Assembly: GCA_000708835.1 (NCBI GenBank)
Contig: DF237141.1
Span: 1-64,000, forward strand
From: Klebsormidium nitens
Lineage: Eukaryota; Plantae; Klebsormidiophyceae
Reading direction: 5' to 3'
DNA length: 64,000 bases
Position 1 is the first letter of the stretch; every line of letters begins with the position of its first letter. Made by a program: the position numbers and the translations under genes. Under the pieces are notes generated by a model. That model was not told the DNA's origin. It saw only the letters and a list, made by a program, of their open reading frames with translations, and did not search any database. This document shows, piece by piece, positions 24,801 to 41,030 of this stretch.

Positions 24801-27800
24801 TCAGCCCTTCTGCACGGTCTCGGGAGGCTCCTGCCCCGTCCGTTCCGAGTACGCCTTTTCCAAAGCCTGGCAAAGATGATGTCAACACGATGTCACGTCA
24901 TGAACAACGAGAAGCAAGATTGCACGGTTGCACAATAGCAACAAAGCTAGAGTCCAACTGAAGAGATTCAGGAAAATGTTGACATGAACAAAAGTCGAGG
25001 AACAGATTCTCGCGCAATTCGGGCGGCTCCCAGAATTAAGATGGAAAGAGGCCGAGATCAGGGACAATAAACTCTGGTTGTCAAGTGCACGACAAGGCGA
25101 CTGAGCCGTTGACCTGTTGTGAATGCGAAACCAATTCCCAATCGGCGTCTTCCGGTTCCCACATCGACGCATAGGCAATCAGAAGAAAGTCCAACATATC
25201 GAAGCATAGGCAAATCAGACAAAAGGCCCACCATGTAAAAGCATAGGCAACCAGAAAAGAACCCCACCATATCAGAACATAGGCAATCAGGAAAAAAGCC
25301 CACCATATCAAAACATAGGCATTGAGTAAAAAGCGGACTACTCAAACCCTCCGTTTGGCAGAGCTCACGCTCCTCGATTACTCTGCATATCATTTTCTGG
25401 GCAAAATGGAGAAGTGTACGGGAGCTATAGACTCACAAGCAGTTCCTCGCGAATCTCCTCTCGCACCTCCTCCGTCATCCGGTCGTGGTACAGAGTCCCC
25501 TGCGGGAAAACGAACCAAAGCGTCAGCGAACGGTCAGCTTTTCAACGTAAGCTCTTTGAGACTTTCCTAAGAGCTCCACGTGACAGAATTTGCGCCCCTG
25601 GCCGCGCATCATCCAACTACCGACTGACACGTGGGCGAATTCTATCCGAAGCGCAGCAAGTATCACGAGGGGTTTTGGAGCCATATGGGACCTCTGCTTG
25701 GCTCCCTTCTAAGTTTAACAAGCAAACGAGAGACATCTGTGAGCCGTCCGTTATGATGAAGAAGCCGGACGACGCTCTGTTCTGGGAACCGAAAGAACGG
25801 CAGAGCTCACAACAGAGACACGGGCAGCCTACATGTAACTGGAAAACGCCGTTCTCAAGGAGAGAGGAAGAAGGCGTGATGTTCTATTCAAATCAGCGCT
25901 TCCAGGGAGACCGCTAAGCAGCGGAACACCAGGAGGCTTCTTGCAAAGCAGACTTCCCGTAGGGGCGAGAACAGTAAAAAAAGCGATGAACCGTCCTGCT
26001 CGTTTGCAATGGATCCCTGCAACTTCGGAGCCGGGCCTGGGTCGGAGTAGGATGTCTTTGAAATCTCAAAAGCTTCAAACCCCGAAAACGTAATTTGTCA
26101 AAACCGTACATGAGGAGCTGAAAATCGAGGCGGCAAAGAGGGGTGAGGAAAAGTCTCACCTCTAGATGGTCATACTCGTGTTGGAAGATGCGCGCCTTCC
26201 ATCCCTTGAGCGTTAGCGAGAAGCGCTTCCCTTGCAAGTTTTGCGCTTGCACCTTTACGTCCAATGGCCTCTGCACACGTGGCAAGCAGGCAGGCTCGCA
26301 GTGAGACGACGGCCCAGCAATCCACAAAAACAGCGGACCTCATCTTGTCCTCACTTAAAGACCCTGCTGCGTTCAACGTACCAACTTTGCAATTTTTACT
26401 AGAGTTGCCACCCCTTAGACCGAAAGCTCCCCGCTTGGGACGCCCTGACATAAAGTTTGTATTACGTTCCTTGCTTATCAACTTGCGGCTTGACTCAACG
26501 AAAGCGACGTTCAAGAGGGAAGTTTCACCGAAGTCTCGTAAACTTCGTAGCAGGACAAAAGGTTCCATCAAACAAAGCTTCCTCAAGGACAGTGTTTGAG
26601 GATAAGGTACTTCGCTGGAGGCGGTTCTGATGAGATAACCGACTTTGTTAGAAATCTGGTTTGTGTGGAAGGAAGGGTTCAGAATTAGGATTTTAGGTTG
26701 GGAAGGGTTTACGCCACTCACCACGACGTCAGCATGTATCTCCGGAAACGAGAGGCACCCCTCCTTAAACACATCCTCTTTTTTCGAGCTGCTGACAATT
26801 TTCGGGTTCACTAACACGTACTCCACGCCTTCCCCCTTGACTCCCTCCGGGTTATACACCATAACCCGGTAGTTAACCCCGACCTGCGGCGCTGAGAGCC
26901 CCACGCCGTCCGTTCTGCAAGACCAACGAATGGTCCGTTCGGACTCGAGTGCACTTTTGAGAGGGCAAACTTGGTTTGGTTTGAGGCTTTGATCTCCGCA
27001 AAAACGGGCCTTGCAAACCAAAAACGTGTGTGACACGGAACAGGTGCCTCGATCCATACATGGAACTCGGTTGTCTTGCTTGGGCTTCAAGTTTTGGAGT
27101 GGGAATAAGACCAGCGGATTCTCTTCGAGACTCCCAACGTGCCAGCCCCTGATACCGAATCTTTGACGAGGTACCAAATGCATTGAACTTCGGTCAAACC
27201 TGGCCGCCTAACCCAAGTTCAATCCGGACCAATCGCAGAAGTAAGCGCAGAACTTGAGCCGTTCAATGGGTTGCCTCTGGTTCATCTAAAGGTCCAAGTT
27301 TTGCGCATCGAGCAGAGTTCTGGCCGTTCGAATTAGATCGAACCTGGGTCAGGCGACCAGGTTTGACCGAAACTGGTGATGGAGGATATTTCGAACCCTC
27401 TGAGACACACCAAAGAAAGATCAAGAACGAACTGGCACCCGCTTGGCCAACTGCGCTAGTGTTTGTTGAGCCCCTCGTCTCTAATGAAGGACGTCCAGCA
27501 CTGGCAAAACCTAGTATGATGCTCTTGTTTCCTTTTGAGTCCTTACAGCTTATGTCAAAGTGGGCACGGTTAGCTGCCGTTCTAAACACTTCCTCACTCT
27601 TCAGGGGAAGGATATACGAGATGCCTCGGTAGGCCCTGCTACGGGGCCATGCGAGAGGGAGTCTTGCAAATTTACCTGTACATGACGTCAAACATTTCCT
27701 TGCACAGGGCCTCCAACTTGGCGTCGAACTTTCGTACGGCGGCGTTCTTGGCCCGCAACCGGGGGTCCGGATACAAGACGATGTTGAGGGGGGACTCGAA

Positions 27801-29032
27801 CTCCAGGTCCTTCTCAACTGTTGGTTACGAAGTAATATTGCTCAGTGTGTGCAGAAAGAGGCTGCTAAGCGACTGTTGTTTGCAGGGCTGGGGGCGCTAG
27901 GGCCCCAATACCAAGAATCCTGCTTTCGCTATGTTGTCCCACCCTGAAGTTTTTGAATCCTGCTGATTCCTATGCTGTCAATATGGCTTTCCGACAAGAG
28001 TCTTTGAGAAATAGGGAAACGACGTGCACTTTTTGCCATAGACGTTCCCGCAAAAGGAGACCGATTCTCACCCGAGAAAAGTAGGTTTCCTCCCTAGTAC
28101 CTTGCCAATTGGAATCAAGACCATATGAAACACAGACCAGGAAGGCTCCTTCAAGTACAATGAGTCACAGATGCCGAATAAAAGATGAGTCAAAGAGGGA
28201 GGGTGTAAGGAGTCTGGAAACTATAGGGACATCACTTTGGAACATGCCGACAATTGGATCTGTGGGGTCAGATTGTGACATGGGCTCGGCAAACACAAAT
28301 CAGCTCTCTACATCACAAGCACTCTCGACATCGGTTTGAAAGAAAAGATCCTTTCCCTCCATTTCATATTATCCAAGTTCAGACAGGCTGGTGCTGCCAC
28401 CCAAGCCACCGGGCTCTACAAACATCACACCCAGTGCACTATAACTGAGTGGTATAGAAAACACTTACTACCAGCCTTAAAGGCTGTGCCAAAGTTGATA
28501 CTCATGCAACTTAAGCACCAAGACAATCCTGGTTCCTCTTGAAAATATGGCACTTATCACTTATGCAGCAAGAATAGGCCCTCTATTGTGAAAAATACCG
28601 TATGATTTGACCACCTGTGGCTGCGAAAGAAAGCAGTCTACCCCAAAGTCAATGAAAAAGCTAAAATCACTCACTGATTGGATTCTTGACTTCCTCAACA
28701 GCCCCCAGCAGCCCGCGCCCCATGCGCGTGCGCACGCCCCGCCGTTGCTCGACTTTTTCCACCACCCCAGGCCGGCCGACAGCTGTCAAAGTGGACAACC
28801 TCCGCTCACCATCAGACAATGCTGACATCATCATCCTGCATCTTGCTGGTGTCACCTTGTTACGCAGTCCTACCCCACCACAAAGGTCTCTTGTTCGTGC
28901 CACGCCGCACAGAAAAGCGTCTCGATCGGGCAACACAAAGTTGGGGCGCAAACGTTTAAGAACGTCTGCAGCGGACCGACTCCTAATGCCCCGCCAGGAG
29001 GGCCGTAGGACTGCCCCAGCGGTCGTCTGCAT
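24801..29032 (-). CDS. PDF1B: peptide deformylase 1B (plastid-type) with transit peptide; exons 29032-28675, 27817-27676, 26914-26722, 26270-26160, 25499-25437, 24866-24801
   Basis: Signature motifs GVGLSAPQ, EGCLS, HEYDH. N-terminal PLNIVLYPDPRLR and C-terminal LYHDRMT...ALEKAYSERTG are typical of plant PDF1B. All splice phases are consistent. Confidence 0.93.
25170..25322. repeat. intronic minisatellite, ~4.3 x 35-37 bp (CATAGGCAATCAG...CCCACCATATC)
   Basis: CATAGGCA occurs 5 times at ~36-bp spacing in the PDF intron 25436-24867. Confidence 0.85.
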
Positions 29033-29802
29033 GTTAAAAGCCCTATGGATATTGGGAGTAATGGACCGTAGAATATAAACTGCTATTTGCGAACTTTTAT
29101 TTGGCAAAGATCAGTACATGAGGGAGGCCTTTTGTATGCCTCAACTCCCTGCCTTGTGGTGCTTTGGAATCAAACGTTTTGCAGCTGGCACGTTAAACAG
29201 CACGACCTCCCAGATGTTCCGTCAACAAGCGGGACGAAAAGACTCGAGTAACTTCTTAAAGGAAGTACGTACACCTTTTTCTCTTTCGTCTCTGCCAAAT
29301 CGCAAGGTGGTCTGCCAAGTTCTCCCCCAAGTGCAAGGCAAAAGTGCCGGGTTAGGGCTGCGGTTAGAGCATTGTTAAGATAGACTGAAGCCGGGATGCG
29401 GGGCACCGACAACGGCAAACGCTGGAGCTAGGCGGTCGCTGTCTCACAAAGCATCGTGCCTACACAAGAGAACTGGAGACTGCGTTTCGCAGCGCCCAGG
29501 ACCCCTCAATCTCTGCCGTTCTCGTTGCTTGTGACGGTTGTTTCAATTCGTCCGTCAACGCAGAACTGTTGCCCAAGTTCAAGCTTGGGTCTCTTCAGCC
29601 TTCACTTTCAGCCTCAGGTGTTGCCTCGGAGAGAGCAACTTTGGCCGAAGAGCACTGTGGACGTACAGCGCTTTTCAGATTTTTTGATAATATTAATCCT
29701 GTCCAGAGCTGGCACTGATTGTAACTTGAAGCGCACAGCAAGCGGCAACCCACAACTTGGTCATGAAAGTGTCTACCTGTTGTTTCTGTAAACCTCTCTC
29801 GA

Positions 29803-32800
29803 ATGGTGGTGCGGGCAGCGCTGCAAAGAGCGGTGAGAAAGTCGTTGACTTCGCAGGCTGCACATTGGTGCACTCCTTTCAGCATCGCTTCGGATATCAG
29901 CAGTATCACCTGGCGCAGTCACGGGGAAAGCGTCAAGGTTCAGAGCGTGCGTGCTAGTACAGGCTCCCCTTTAAAAAGCCACCTGCAAATCAGCCTAAGG
30001 TCCGATCAAACAAATTTATTCCACGTAACCAGTGCTTCTAGTGGTCTTCTTTCTCCTGAAATTCCCTCTGCAAAGACAAAACTAGTGCGAGTCACTCACA
30101 GCCTGCAAAGCACCAACCCTGCAGCAAACCACCGCTTGTCGATGACTAGCTCGTACTGCACTGCTGGCCAGCGAGTGCAATCAACAGTTGATCTTTTGAA
30201 CGGCATACAAGCCACACCCCGCACCGCTGCTACTGAAGGCTATGCAGTCGCTGCTCGGGCAAGGACTGGATTGCTAGCCAGAACAAATGGGACAATTCCG
30301 CCGACAGAACAACTGAGGCTCCAGTCAGCAGAGGCGTCTTGTCGCAGATACCCCTTGAAAAATTTCAGCTCCCTTCTGGCGATTAACTACTTGAAGCGTT
30401 TAGTTTGTGGTCAGTCTTGCAACTGTAGTTTAGCAGTCCCCTTGAGAACGCCCCTCTCGTTCAACGCTTCTTGTGGGCACTTTGGGAGCGTGTCAAATCG
30501 CCCCCTCAGCACAGCCAATCCACATTCTTCAACTTTGACGGCTCTGAATCAAACCGCAGCCCCACAGTCCCCGCGAACCCACCGACAGCTGTCGGGCCAA
30601 ACAGCACAGGTGTCGTCAAACACCAGAGAGAGCCTCATGGTGGTTTCAAGTGAGGATGTGAGTGGCGTGGGGGGAAGCGTAGATGCGGCAGTGAAAGCAC
30701 TTGAAGAAAAGCTCGGGGTGCCAATCGATCACGGGCCGCAAGTGCCTCCCCCAAAACCGCTAGTGATCATAATTAGTGGGCCGAGCGGAGTGGGAAAGGA
30801 TGCGGTGATCAAGGTGAGGCAGGAACCATGTATATTGTCCATGTTCTGGCTTGATCACAAGCGAATTTGTCTAACATCGGTCGTAGACGGCTGGAGAAAA
30901 GTGCGGCAATGAGCTGGAAAGAAGTTGAGTTGAATTTATGGATGTTGTTTGCTGTTTTGACCAGGGGTCAAAGAGGATAGCATGTTGGTAGATTGTCTTT
31001 TCCAAGGTCGAATGTAGCAGGCCCTGGCTCGTTTCGTTGCTCATGACACAATGTGACTCGAGCTGACAATAGTCACAATTCGATGCAATTGCCCTGCCGC
31101 AGCTACAGTTGCCTTGTTGCGTGCCTTAATATGCTCATTACAAGCCTGGGTTTAGTAACCGAGTCATCTTGCAGACCCGGCTAGTTATCATTGGCTGCAG
31201 AAGCTTCATAGGTGGTGACGTGAGCTGCAGAAGCTCGCCAAACGTGTTTACGTTAGCTTTGTCGTTTTGTGTCAAGCCCATTCGCTTACCAAGCTGTTAT
31301 CATCTTTTTGACACAGCAGCTTCAGGAGCGGCTGCCCGAGCTGCGCTCGCAAGTTCGACCTCTCTGGAGGCCCTTTCAAAGAAACCTCCGTGCTTAAGCC
31401 GGTGGTATGATACATCTGTCTTTCAACGCAGCGGCTCCAAGAAAGGCGGCCCGAGCTGCACATGGTCGTAACCGCAACGTCCCGGAAGGCGCGAGCCGGG
31501 GAAGTTCACGGGAAGGACTACTTCTTTATCAGCAAGGAGGAGTTTCAGGGAATGATCGACGGTGGGGAGCTGCTGGAGCATGCGGTCGTGTATGGGGAAT
31601 TTAAGGGGATCCCCAAGCAGCAGGTGAGGTTTGCATTGCGGGTTATGCCCCTGGTTAAGTTTCCGGTTAGTCATTGGTAAATCGGATGGTATTCACGCTC
31701 TGGGTTGTCAAACTTTGCACAAATCCTGCCCTGGTTGCCTCTAACATGTGATCTTCGTCAAGATTGCGTTAAAAGCTTGGCTTCGAGGGAGGGGGCGCAG
31801 CGCCTTGTTGAAAGGTCGAGTATGCTTCTTTAGAAAGGGGCTCTTTAGTCTTGAAGGTATATCCCTCATCGATCCAACACACAGGCGGTCCTGCTTTACA
31901 CATCTAGGCTCAACAAGTATAATCCCTTGACCTACAGTTCGAGATCCACAGTAGGCAAGTGACAGCACGATGGGAGAGCGTAAAAACGGAGCGAAGCTCC
32001 TGCATCACAACCGAGCGAAGCTCCTGCTCAATGAAATTTGAAGTCCGAGAGGTCTGTACGAATTGAGGCAGATCTCCCGCTCCTCTACAACCTTGTAGTG
32101 AGTGGGTACTTTTTCTGGCGGTAGACCATTTGGCCGCATGTGTACGTCTCCTTGTGCCGGTCATATTGAATCCATCCCTCCAGCTTCGATGGACAGCACT
32201 AACAGCGACCCAGACACTGGTCTAAGGTTCCGATGCTTTCAAGTATATAGCGCACAGGGGCCACGTCAGGACCGAAACAAGCTTAACGACCGTGTCATCA
32301 CTGGACTGCTCAGATTGAATGGAAGGAAGACGGGCACTTGCTAGATATTTCACCAACGTCAGCATTGCCTCGAGCCTTACGTGCTATCTTCGGAACCATG
32401 AACAGTCACGCCGAGAAGGCTGATCGTATCAAAACAGAGGATGGAAGACACTAGGAGTCGGCCGACCTCGGTTCTACTTCGTTGACGTCACCACCTATCC
32501 CTTTCGCTGTCTTCATGATGCCGTCTTGCTGACGTCAGGTTCGCGAGACGATGGACCGAGGCACGGACGTGGTGCTGCGGATCGACGTCCAGGGGGCGGC
32601 CACGGTGCGGTCGATGCTGGGCGACGGGGGCGTGTTCATCTTTCTCGCGGCGGAAAGCGAGGCCGCTCTAGTTCGCCGGCTGGTGGAGCGGAAAACGGAG
32701 TCGCTCGAAAAGGTGCGTTCACTTCAGGACACCTCTTTGTGCGGCGAACAACCGTGGAAAAAAGCCCCACAATATCGAGGGCCTGAGAGGAGGCCGCTCT

Positions 32801-33291
32801 ACTTTCGCCGGCTGATGGAACCAAATTTGGAGGATGTACGTGCAATCTGTGAGGTATTGATCCATGACCTTCAGCTCTGCGGGGTTTCCATTAAGGGGTA
32901 TCAATGAAGTACTGCTTCTTGCCGTCAGATAATCGGATCAGGATAAGAGTTGAGTCGTTCCAGGATTTTTTTCACTCTCCAGGAAAAAGATAGTCGGCGT
33001 CTCACTGCGACTGAAGACGAACAGCCGACAAGCGGTCAAATGACGATGGCCTCGCCAAAAGCGCCTCGATTCCTTCATTTTGAGTGCGGACGGGCATTAC
33101 CCACAAGTCTATCAATCTCGCTGTAGGTCCTCCTGCGGTTAGAGACCGCCCGAGAGGAGTCCAAACGGATGGCCGACTTCGATTACGTCGTTGTGAATGC
33201 GGACGGGCAGCTCGATCGGACGGTCGACATGATCGCGGCGATCATCGACGTGGAGAAGGCGCGGGTGCACCCGCGGGAGCCGAAACTATGA
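29803..33291 (+). CDS. GK3: guanylate kinase, organellar (GK3/V2-like) with long N-terminal extension; exons 29803-30813, 31432-31623, 32539-32712, 33127-33291
   Basis: P-loop [67 protein letters not shown] phase-0 introns. Confidence 0.92.
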
Positions 33292-34396
33292 CAGGAAACC
33301 TGCGGTCCCGGTTTAGGTGTTTACGGATTACAAGAACGCAGTTCGCACGGGCTTGCAGAGAAGACTTAAACCTGCGGTTCCTGTCCGCTTTGAGCCAAGA
33401 GGAGTCTGAGTACTGCAAGCGACCGTTTCTTCCTGTTCTTGAGATTTACAATGTTCTGACATTACAGCCGGTACGGATTCTAACAAAACGCCACCGAAAG
33501 AGTTGCAGCATTATGTATATTTCGTCAAGGCCGAAGGGTCCGAAGTTGGACCCGCTTGTACGAAACAACAAAGTGGAAGCTGATCAAGACAAGGAGCTTC
33601 AGAAACTTGAAAGCTCCCGAAGTCTTCTGTGAACGTCCGGGCCGAATACCGCATGTAGCCTGGCAAACGGTGCGGGTATCGAGGAGCTGATCCATGAAGC
33701 GAAATGATGGCCCATGCTGCGCAACAATTTGACATGCAGACGCACATAATGTGCCCGCCGTTGATATATCGTCCTGGACCATGCATGCATATGAGCCTGT
33801 GATTCCGCTGTGAAGTTGCGAGATTCTGTGATCGAGCTAGCGCGCCGCTGCCATATCTCTAAATGCATGATTCCACACGCAGTGCTTGGGTCGCATCATG
33901 GTCATCGTGATTTGGACGGATGCAACATGTTTTGATCACCGATGAGATTGAGTAAAGCCGATTACGATCTGTGCGGTCAACATACCGGTCCGCGCAACTT
34001 TTGCCGCCATGCAACAAGCAACACTAGTCGTGATCATAAATAGAGCCAGAAAGCTTACTGGCATGCCGTTGTTAGGTGTTTCAGGCTGATCCCCCAGTAT
34101 GCAAACCTCTAAACAGGAGACGATAAGTTGGAGATCAGGATTAAACGATAGGTAGCCCATCAGGGAAAGAAAGCAACATCGATCCAAACGTAGAAATTAA
34201 GATGGGCGCGGCCGCCCACTTCGAAACTGACCTACATCAGTCCAGCTTCAGGTAGACTTGTAGGCAAAGCTACCAACCGATTGGAGTCACTTAGAAAGCC
34301 ACAGGCCGATGCAGAAGAAGACGCTCCTTCTTCTGATCGGAAATATGGTTCTCCAGCTATGAACGTGAACGGGGTCCATACGAACGCTACCAATTG

Positions 34397-36451
<2,055 letters not shown>

Positions 36452-37842
36452 GAGCACGGATCAGAAAAGAAGATTCAATTCCTGAGGGCGCCGGCAAGCG
36501 AAAAACCTAACTCAACTGTCAAGAGGGCTCATTCTAACACTGATCTTCGCGAAGGCTGGACAGAGCTCTGGCTGTAAGCTGTGCGCCGGGTCTTCAATCG
36601 GCGGACCCCGCCGCCATTGTCACGTGAATACCTGCAAATAGCTAATATGCCAATGGATACGCTCACAATCGGCGACGCAATAAAGCCAGAGGCAGTAGAA
36701 GGATAATGATGACTTGGGGCTCATGTGCACATGCTCAACGCGCGGCACACTTGGGACTTGCATGAGTGCACATGGGATTCATTGCACAGGCAGGCAATCT
36801 CAGCCAATCAGAGCACCCGACATTATAGTCGGAGGCCTGCGTATCACCCTTCATCATGCGCCAGCCGTCCGATATACCACGTCACTGGTTGGAAACGTCA
36901 TGCCTCTATGTGTCCCATTGGTAGAGATCTCGATCCGACCAATTGAAACCCTGGAAATGATCGTGGACACTTGCACCATGGTTCGCGCAGAGCGGCGCTC
37001 CTTCCAGATCTCACAGTGAAATGTTCATTCCCGAGTCTTTGAAGCTTGAGCAAGCACCGCCAACAGCTTTTGGACAGAAGCTGGTGTGACTTTCAGATTC
37101 TGTGAAAAGACAAAACGCGTAACCTGCTGGTATGTACCCTCGCACCAAGGTCCGTATACACCAAGGAGCCGGGTGCTCCAGGAGCTCCCGGTACAAGTTT
37201 TGAAACGTGACCGGAAGACTTCCGTGATGCTACGTCACACGTCCTCGAATTGGCCTCCAGGGAGGTCGGTTCGAACAACTTTGTTGAAGTTTGAAGGCTA
37301 GGTCGCAAGCACCGGGCATCTACAACCTTGAGGTGGGCAGACTGAGTTTACCAGGGTACGTACTGAAGTCGTAACCTGGACGCGTTAAATTCAAACCGCG
37401 GAGCGCGTTTGCTGTACCTATCCGGTACAGCAGAAACAGAAGCCGAGTACCTATCGTACGCTGTACGCCCTGTGCGGTACATACCTACCCGCTGTTGCGC
37501 AGGTCTGGAGCAAATAGGTAAGCCAGACTTCTGTTGGTCCGTATACGTTAGGTACCGGGTAATAGGTTCATACCGTAATCCGAGGGAGAGAACAGACCTG
37601 CAGGGCTGCAAGCCGTGTTGCAGAAGACTGGCACCAGTGCAAGTTCAACGTGAAGAAGGGCGCCTTGGCCCTGGGCAGGTAGGAAAGGACAAAAGGCGTT
37701 GCCGCAGGTCTCCCCTGAAGATGCTCTGCACCGCAACTGCCAGCCCCATGGGCAGGGACGCGCGCCGTAGTAAGAGGTAATAGATTGCTAGTATCTAGAG
37801 CCTTTATCTACAAGGCGCCGTATCCAGGAACAAGCAGCGACC

Positions 37843-40800
37843 ATGGAGTTGGTCGACGAGGGCCTCTACGCCATTGATCGCCCCTACCCCAACCCTGCCG
37901 ACCTCACGGACGAGGTTGAGAGGCCTGGCCCGGGTCCCCAGTCAGAAAAGCTGTCCCCCCATCCTATGTACTCCCCTGGTGCCCTTTCTTGGTTTGATGT
38001 CCGAGTAATCTACGTCCGAGTCTCTGGCTGTCCGCAGGAAGCTTCTCCGGACACCCTGCTCTGCCGCTTCCCTCCGCGGGGAAGTACAACGAGTGTAGAG
38101 TTGAACGGGGTTGTCATCCCCCCCCAGGAGGAGATTCTGGTGACTCTCAGACGGGACCGGGTGGACTGCAACTCAGAGGAAGCAACCTACGTAAGCACGG
38201 ACAACATCCGTGCGAACGGGTCTCTCAATTTTGAGGTGGGCGCGGCACCCGAGAACGAGCTGATTGTGTGTGGTGTGCTGGAGAGAAACGAGACGCCGCT
38301 GAAAGGGTTCGGAGGATATGGGGTGCCGGTCAAGACGGAATGGAGCCTCGACGTCTCCTGTGCAGTCAGCAGCATCGGGTGCTGCTTCATCAAGCCGGAC
38401 CCGCTCGACTTTGACACGCCGCCGTCACAGCCGCTTGTGGAGGTGTGCCTGGTGGGCAAGTTTGAGGCAGCCCCGGTGAGGTTAAGACTGCCGCACGCTT
38501 TTTGAAACGGGTCGAATAGTTTCCGAGCATAGGTGGTTGTTGTCTCCTTCACTTTGTCAAATCATTTGCAAGTGAATGGATGATGCCCTTGTGGTTGTTG
38601 TTGAGTTTCTTCATGCGGATGCAGCGCTCGTAGTTTCAGCCCCAACGATGGAGTCCTTACATTCTTGCTCAAACTGGAACATCGTGATGTCACCCTGTCT
38701 TTTCTGTGCGCTTGTTGTGGCAATGGTCGGTGCCTTTAGTGCCTGCATCAGGTTTAGGGTCTGCATCAGGTTTGGTTGCTCAAGGCACTATTACTGGCAG
38801 CATAGTGATTATTAAAGTCCGGTTCATTAGTTGCTCTGAGCTGATTGGCAATATTGTCTAGTTGCTGCTGTTTGAAGATTGCAGTCATGCAAATGGAGCG
38901 GGGAAATAGTGGTCATGGCAGAAGCTGCACCCGTCCACCAACTACCTGTTTCCGGCCGTCTCTTCACATTTGTGCAATGCATCTTCATCTCGCCAAATTG
39001 GTTTAAGAGGATGAAAATGTAGAGGAAAGCACCTGACGGGCACTGGTCCTGGTGATCTGAGTGTTCATCCTGGGAGGTTGAGGTTTGGGGTTTTGATGCA
39101 AAGCGGTGAAAGACTTTCTGAGCAGTTGACGAAGCAAAGTCGGCAGCTTGATTTGGTTTGTTCCTCTTCGCTTTTCTGAAGTCTGGGGTCCTTACACACG
39201 CAGCATATTCTGCTCGATGTGGTTTAATCTTCAGTATTTTCTCCCTCCCCTGCACGAGCTTTTCTTTGGAAAGCTCGTCCTTTTTTTCTTGAAAAGCTGG
39301 GAAGCAATCCTCTCTTCTCTACATTGGGTCAGATCAAGCATTGGTTGAGCACTTTGCATGCCACTAGATTGGGAGTGCATGAGCCAACTTAAGCAGCCAG
39401 TTGAGGACTCGTGTCCAACATTCCTCATAGGTTGATTTCTTGTAGGATGCAATCACGAGAAATCAAGAAACCCATCCTGCAAGGCCTGCATGGTTGCATC
39501 TTCTCTCAGAGGGGCAATTGAGAGCTCAGTTCTTGGCATGCCCCGTACTTCTCTGCAGAGCTATATTTCAGGAGGGGGGCAACTGAGAGCTCAGTTTCTT
39601 CGCATGCCCCATACTTTTTTGCAGAGCTGTTTTTATGATTGTTTCATCCTGCATTCTGCTTTCCTTGTAGCAGCCACCAAAACGATGGGCTCCCATATGT
39701 TGACGTCGGGGGCAACTTAAATGCCAGTTCTGTTTGAGCTTGTAAGACTGGTTAACGAAGCCTCCGATTCAATCTGGGCCAGCAGCGCTTGATATCAGTT
39801 GCATTGAGGCCTTGTGTTGCTTTGCCCAGCCAGCATTGAATGGTTTTTGATACACGGGTGACAATCCCCATCTGCTTTGGTCATGATGCCCCCAAGGAAT
39901 TGCAAAAAGCTTCATCTTCAAGCGTTTTACTTGAAATGGTGACAAATGAGTCAGCACTTCAGTCTGTGTAGTTCACGGGCTCTGCAATTCATCGGGCAAG
40001 ATTAGGAAAGCTGCCCCTCCAAGGCACCCTGAGTCTGTATTAAAGTAGGCCAACCCCCACTTTCAAGGATACTTTTCTCAAGTTTCTGGTTTTCACCTAT
40101 CTCACAACTGCTGGGGATGGTCTCCGAAAGGGATTTTAAGCTTGTCAGAAGGCTCCAAGGTCTATTTTAACCTTGATTTGTCAAGACCAGGAGCTTCTGA
40201 CAACCGCGGGATTGTAGGTCTGCGACTTGACCGCAGCAGCCCATGCTGTTCTGCTGACTCTGACCAAATGAAGATGGTTCCTCATGTGTGGCCTTTCTAT
40301 CCATTTCAATGTTTTCTCACCAAAAGACAGTCTCTCTTGTGGTACAGGTGTGTCTGGAGCAGACCGTGAAGTTGGTGGCGCGCAGACGGAGTCTCCGGAA
40401 GACGGCTCTCGATGCAATCCCAGAGGATGATGAGGGGGCCAAGTTCTACAGGGAGGTCCATGGCGACATTTACGAGAAAGAGGTCAGTCCTCTTGTTGAG
40501 TTTCGCCAGCCCTAACTTCGATTGTTCCTGTCAATTGTTCCTGGTCTCAAAGCAGTCAAGCTAACTTTGACACAAGAGGGAGTCTTTGGAGGAAGACAGT
40601 AAGTAGGTAAGCGCTCAGCAGTGCAGACCTCTGAACTGCAGCAGTGAGTGCCTTCCTCAAGATGACGTCTCTGCTTCCATCTCTAAACCAGGCACACTAC
40701 AATCTGCACTGTCTCTTGTTGAATCTGCTCGTTGGGGATTGGATGCCTGGCAAATCCATTTCTTGTTTCACCTTCTGAAGATTGTCGTTCTTGCTTGGCC

Positions 40801-41030
40801 AGGACCGGGAACTGATGCCTTACAGCAGGCAACAGCTCGCATACTACGAGAAGCTTTCCCTGGACGATTATGGAGAAGGGGAAGAAGGGGAGCTGACTTG
40901 GTTCACAGCAGGCGTGAGAGTTGGCGTCGGTCTTGGCCTTGGGCTTATGCTGGGCGTCGGAATCGGGATCGGATTGATGGTCAAAACGTATCATACGACA
41001 ACTCGCACGCTGAAGAGGGGTCTGTTTTAA
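37843..41030 (+). CDS. At1g01500-like uncharacterised plant protein (often mislabelled erythronate-4-phosphate dehydrogenase family), C-terminal membrane anchor; exons 37843-38475, 40348-40482, 40803-41030
   Basis: WFDVRVIYVRVS, LRRDRVD..SEEATYVSTD, EGELTWFTAGVRVGVGLGLG...GIGIGLMVKTY are the family hallmarks (recognised from memory). Phase-0 GT-AG introns. Confidence 0.85.
39511..39628. repeat. intronic imperfect direct repeat, 2 x ~53 bp
   Basis: GGGGCAA(T/C)TGAGAGCTCAGTT...GCATGCCCC(G/A)TACTT...TGCAGAGCT at 39511 and 39576. Confidence 0.75.

Noticed and set aside
25170-25322. 36-bp repeat as a CRISPR array
   Set aside because: Contiguous imperfect units without unique spacers, inside a eukaryotic intron, with no cas genes.
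25340-25400. Acceptor near 25395 as the last PDF exon
   Set aside because: The peptide is not homologous; exon 24866-24801 (ALEKAYSERTG) matches the PDF1B C-terminus.
26170-27183. 337-aa minus ORF as a single-exon deformylase
   Set aside because: Only 26914-26722 is exonic; the rest is intron read-through.
37266-37285. GTCGGTTCGAAC as a tRNA T-loop
   Set aside because: No T-stem or acceptor-stem pairing around it.
38476-40347. Long intron with internal repeats and antisense ORF fragments as a transposon
   Set aside because: No TIR, LTR, TSD or transposase/RT motif recognised.
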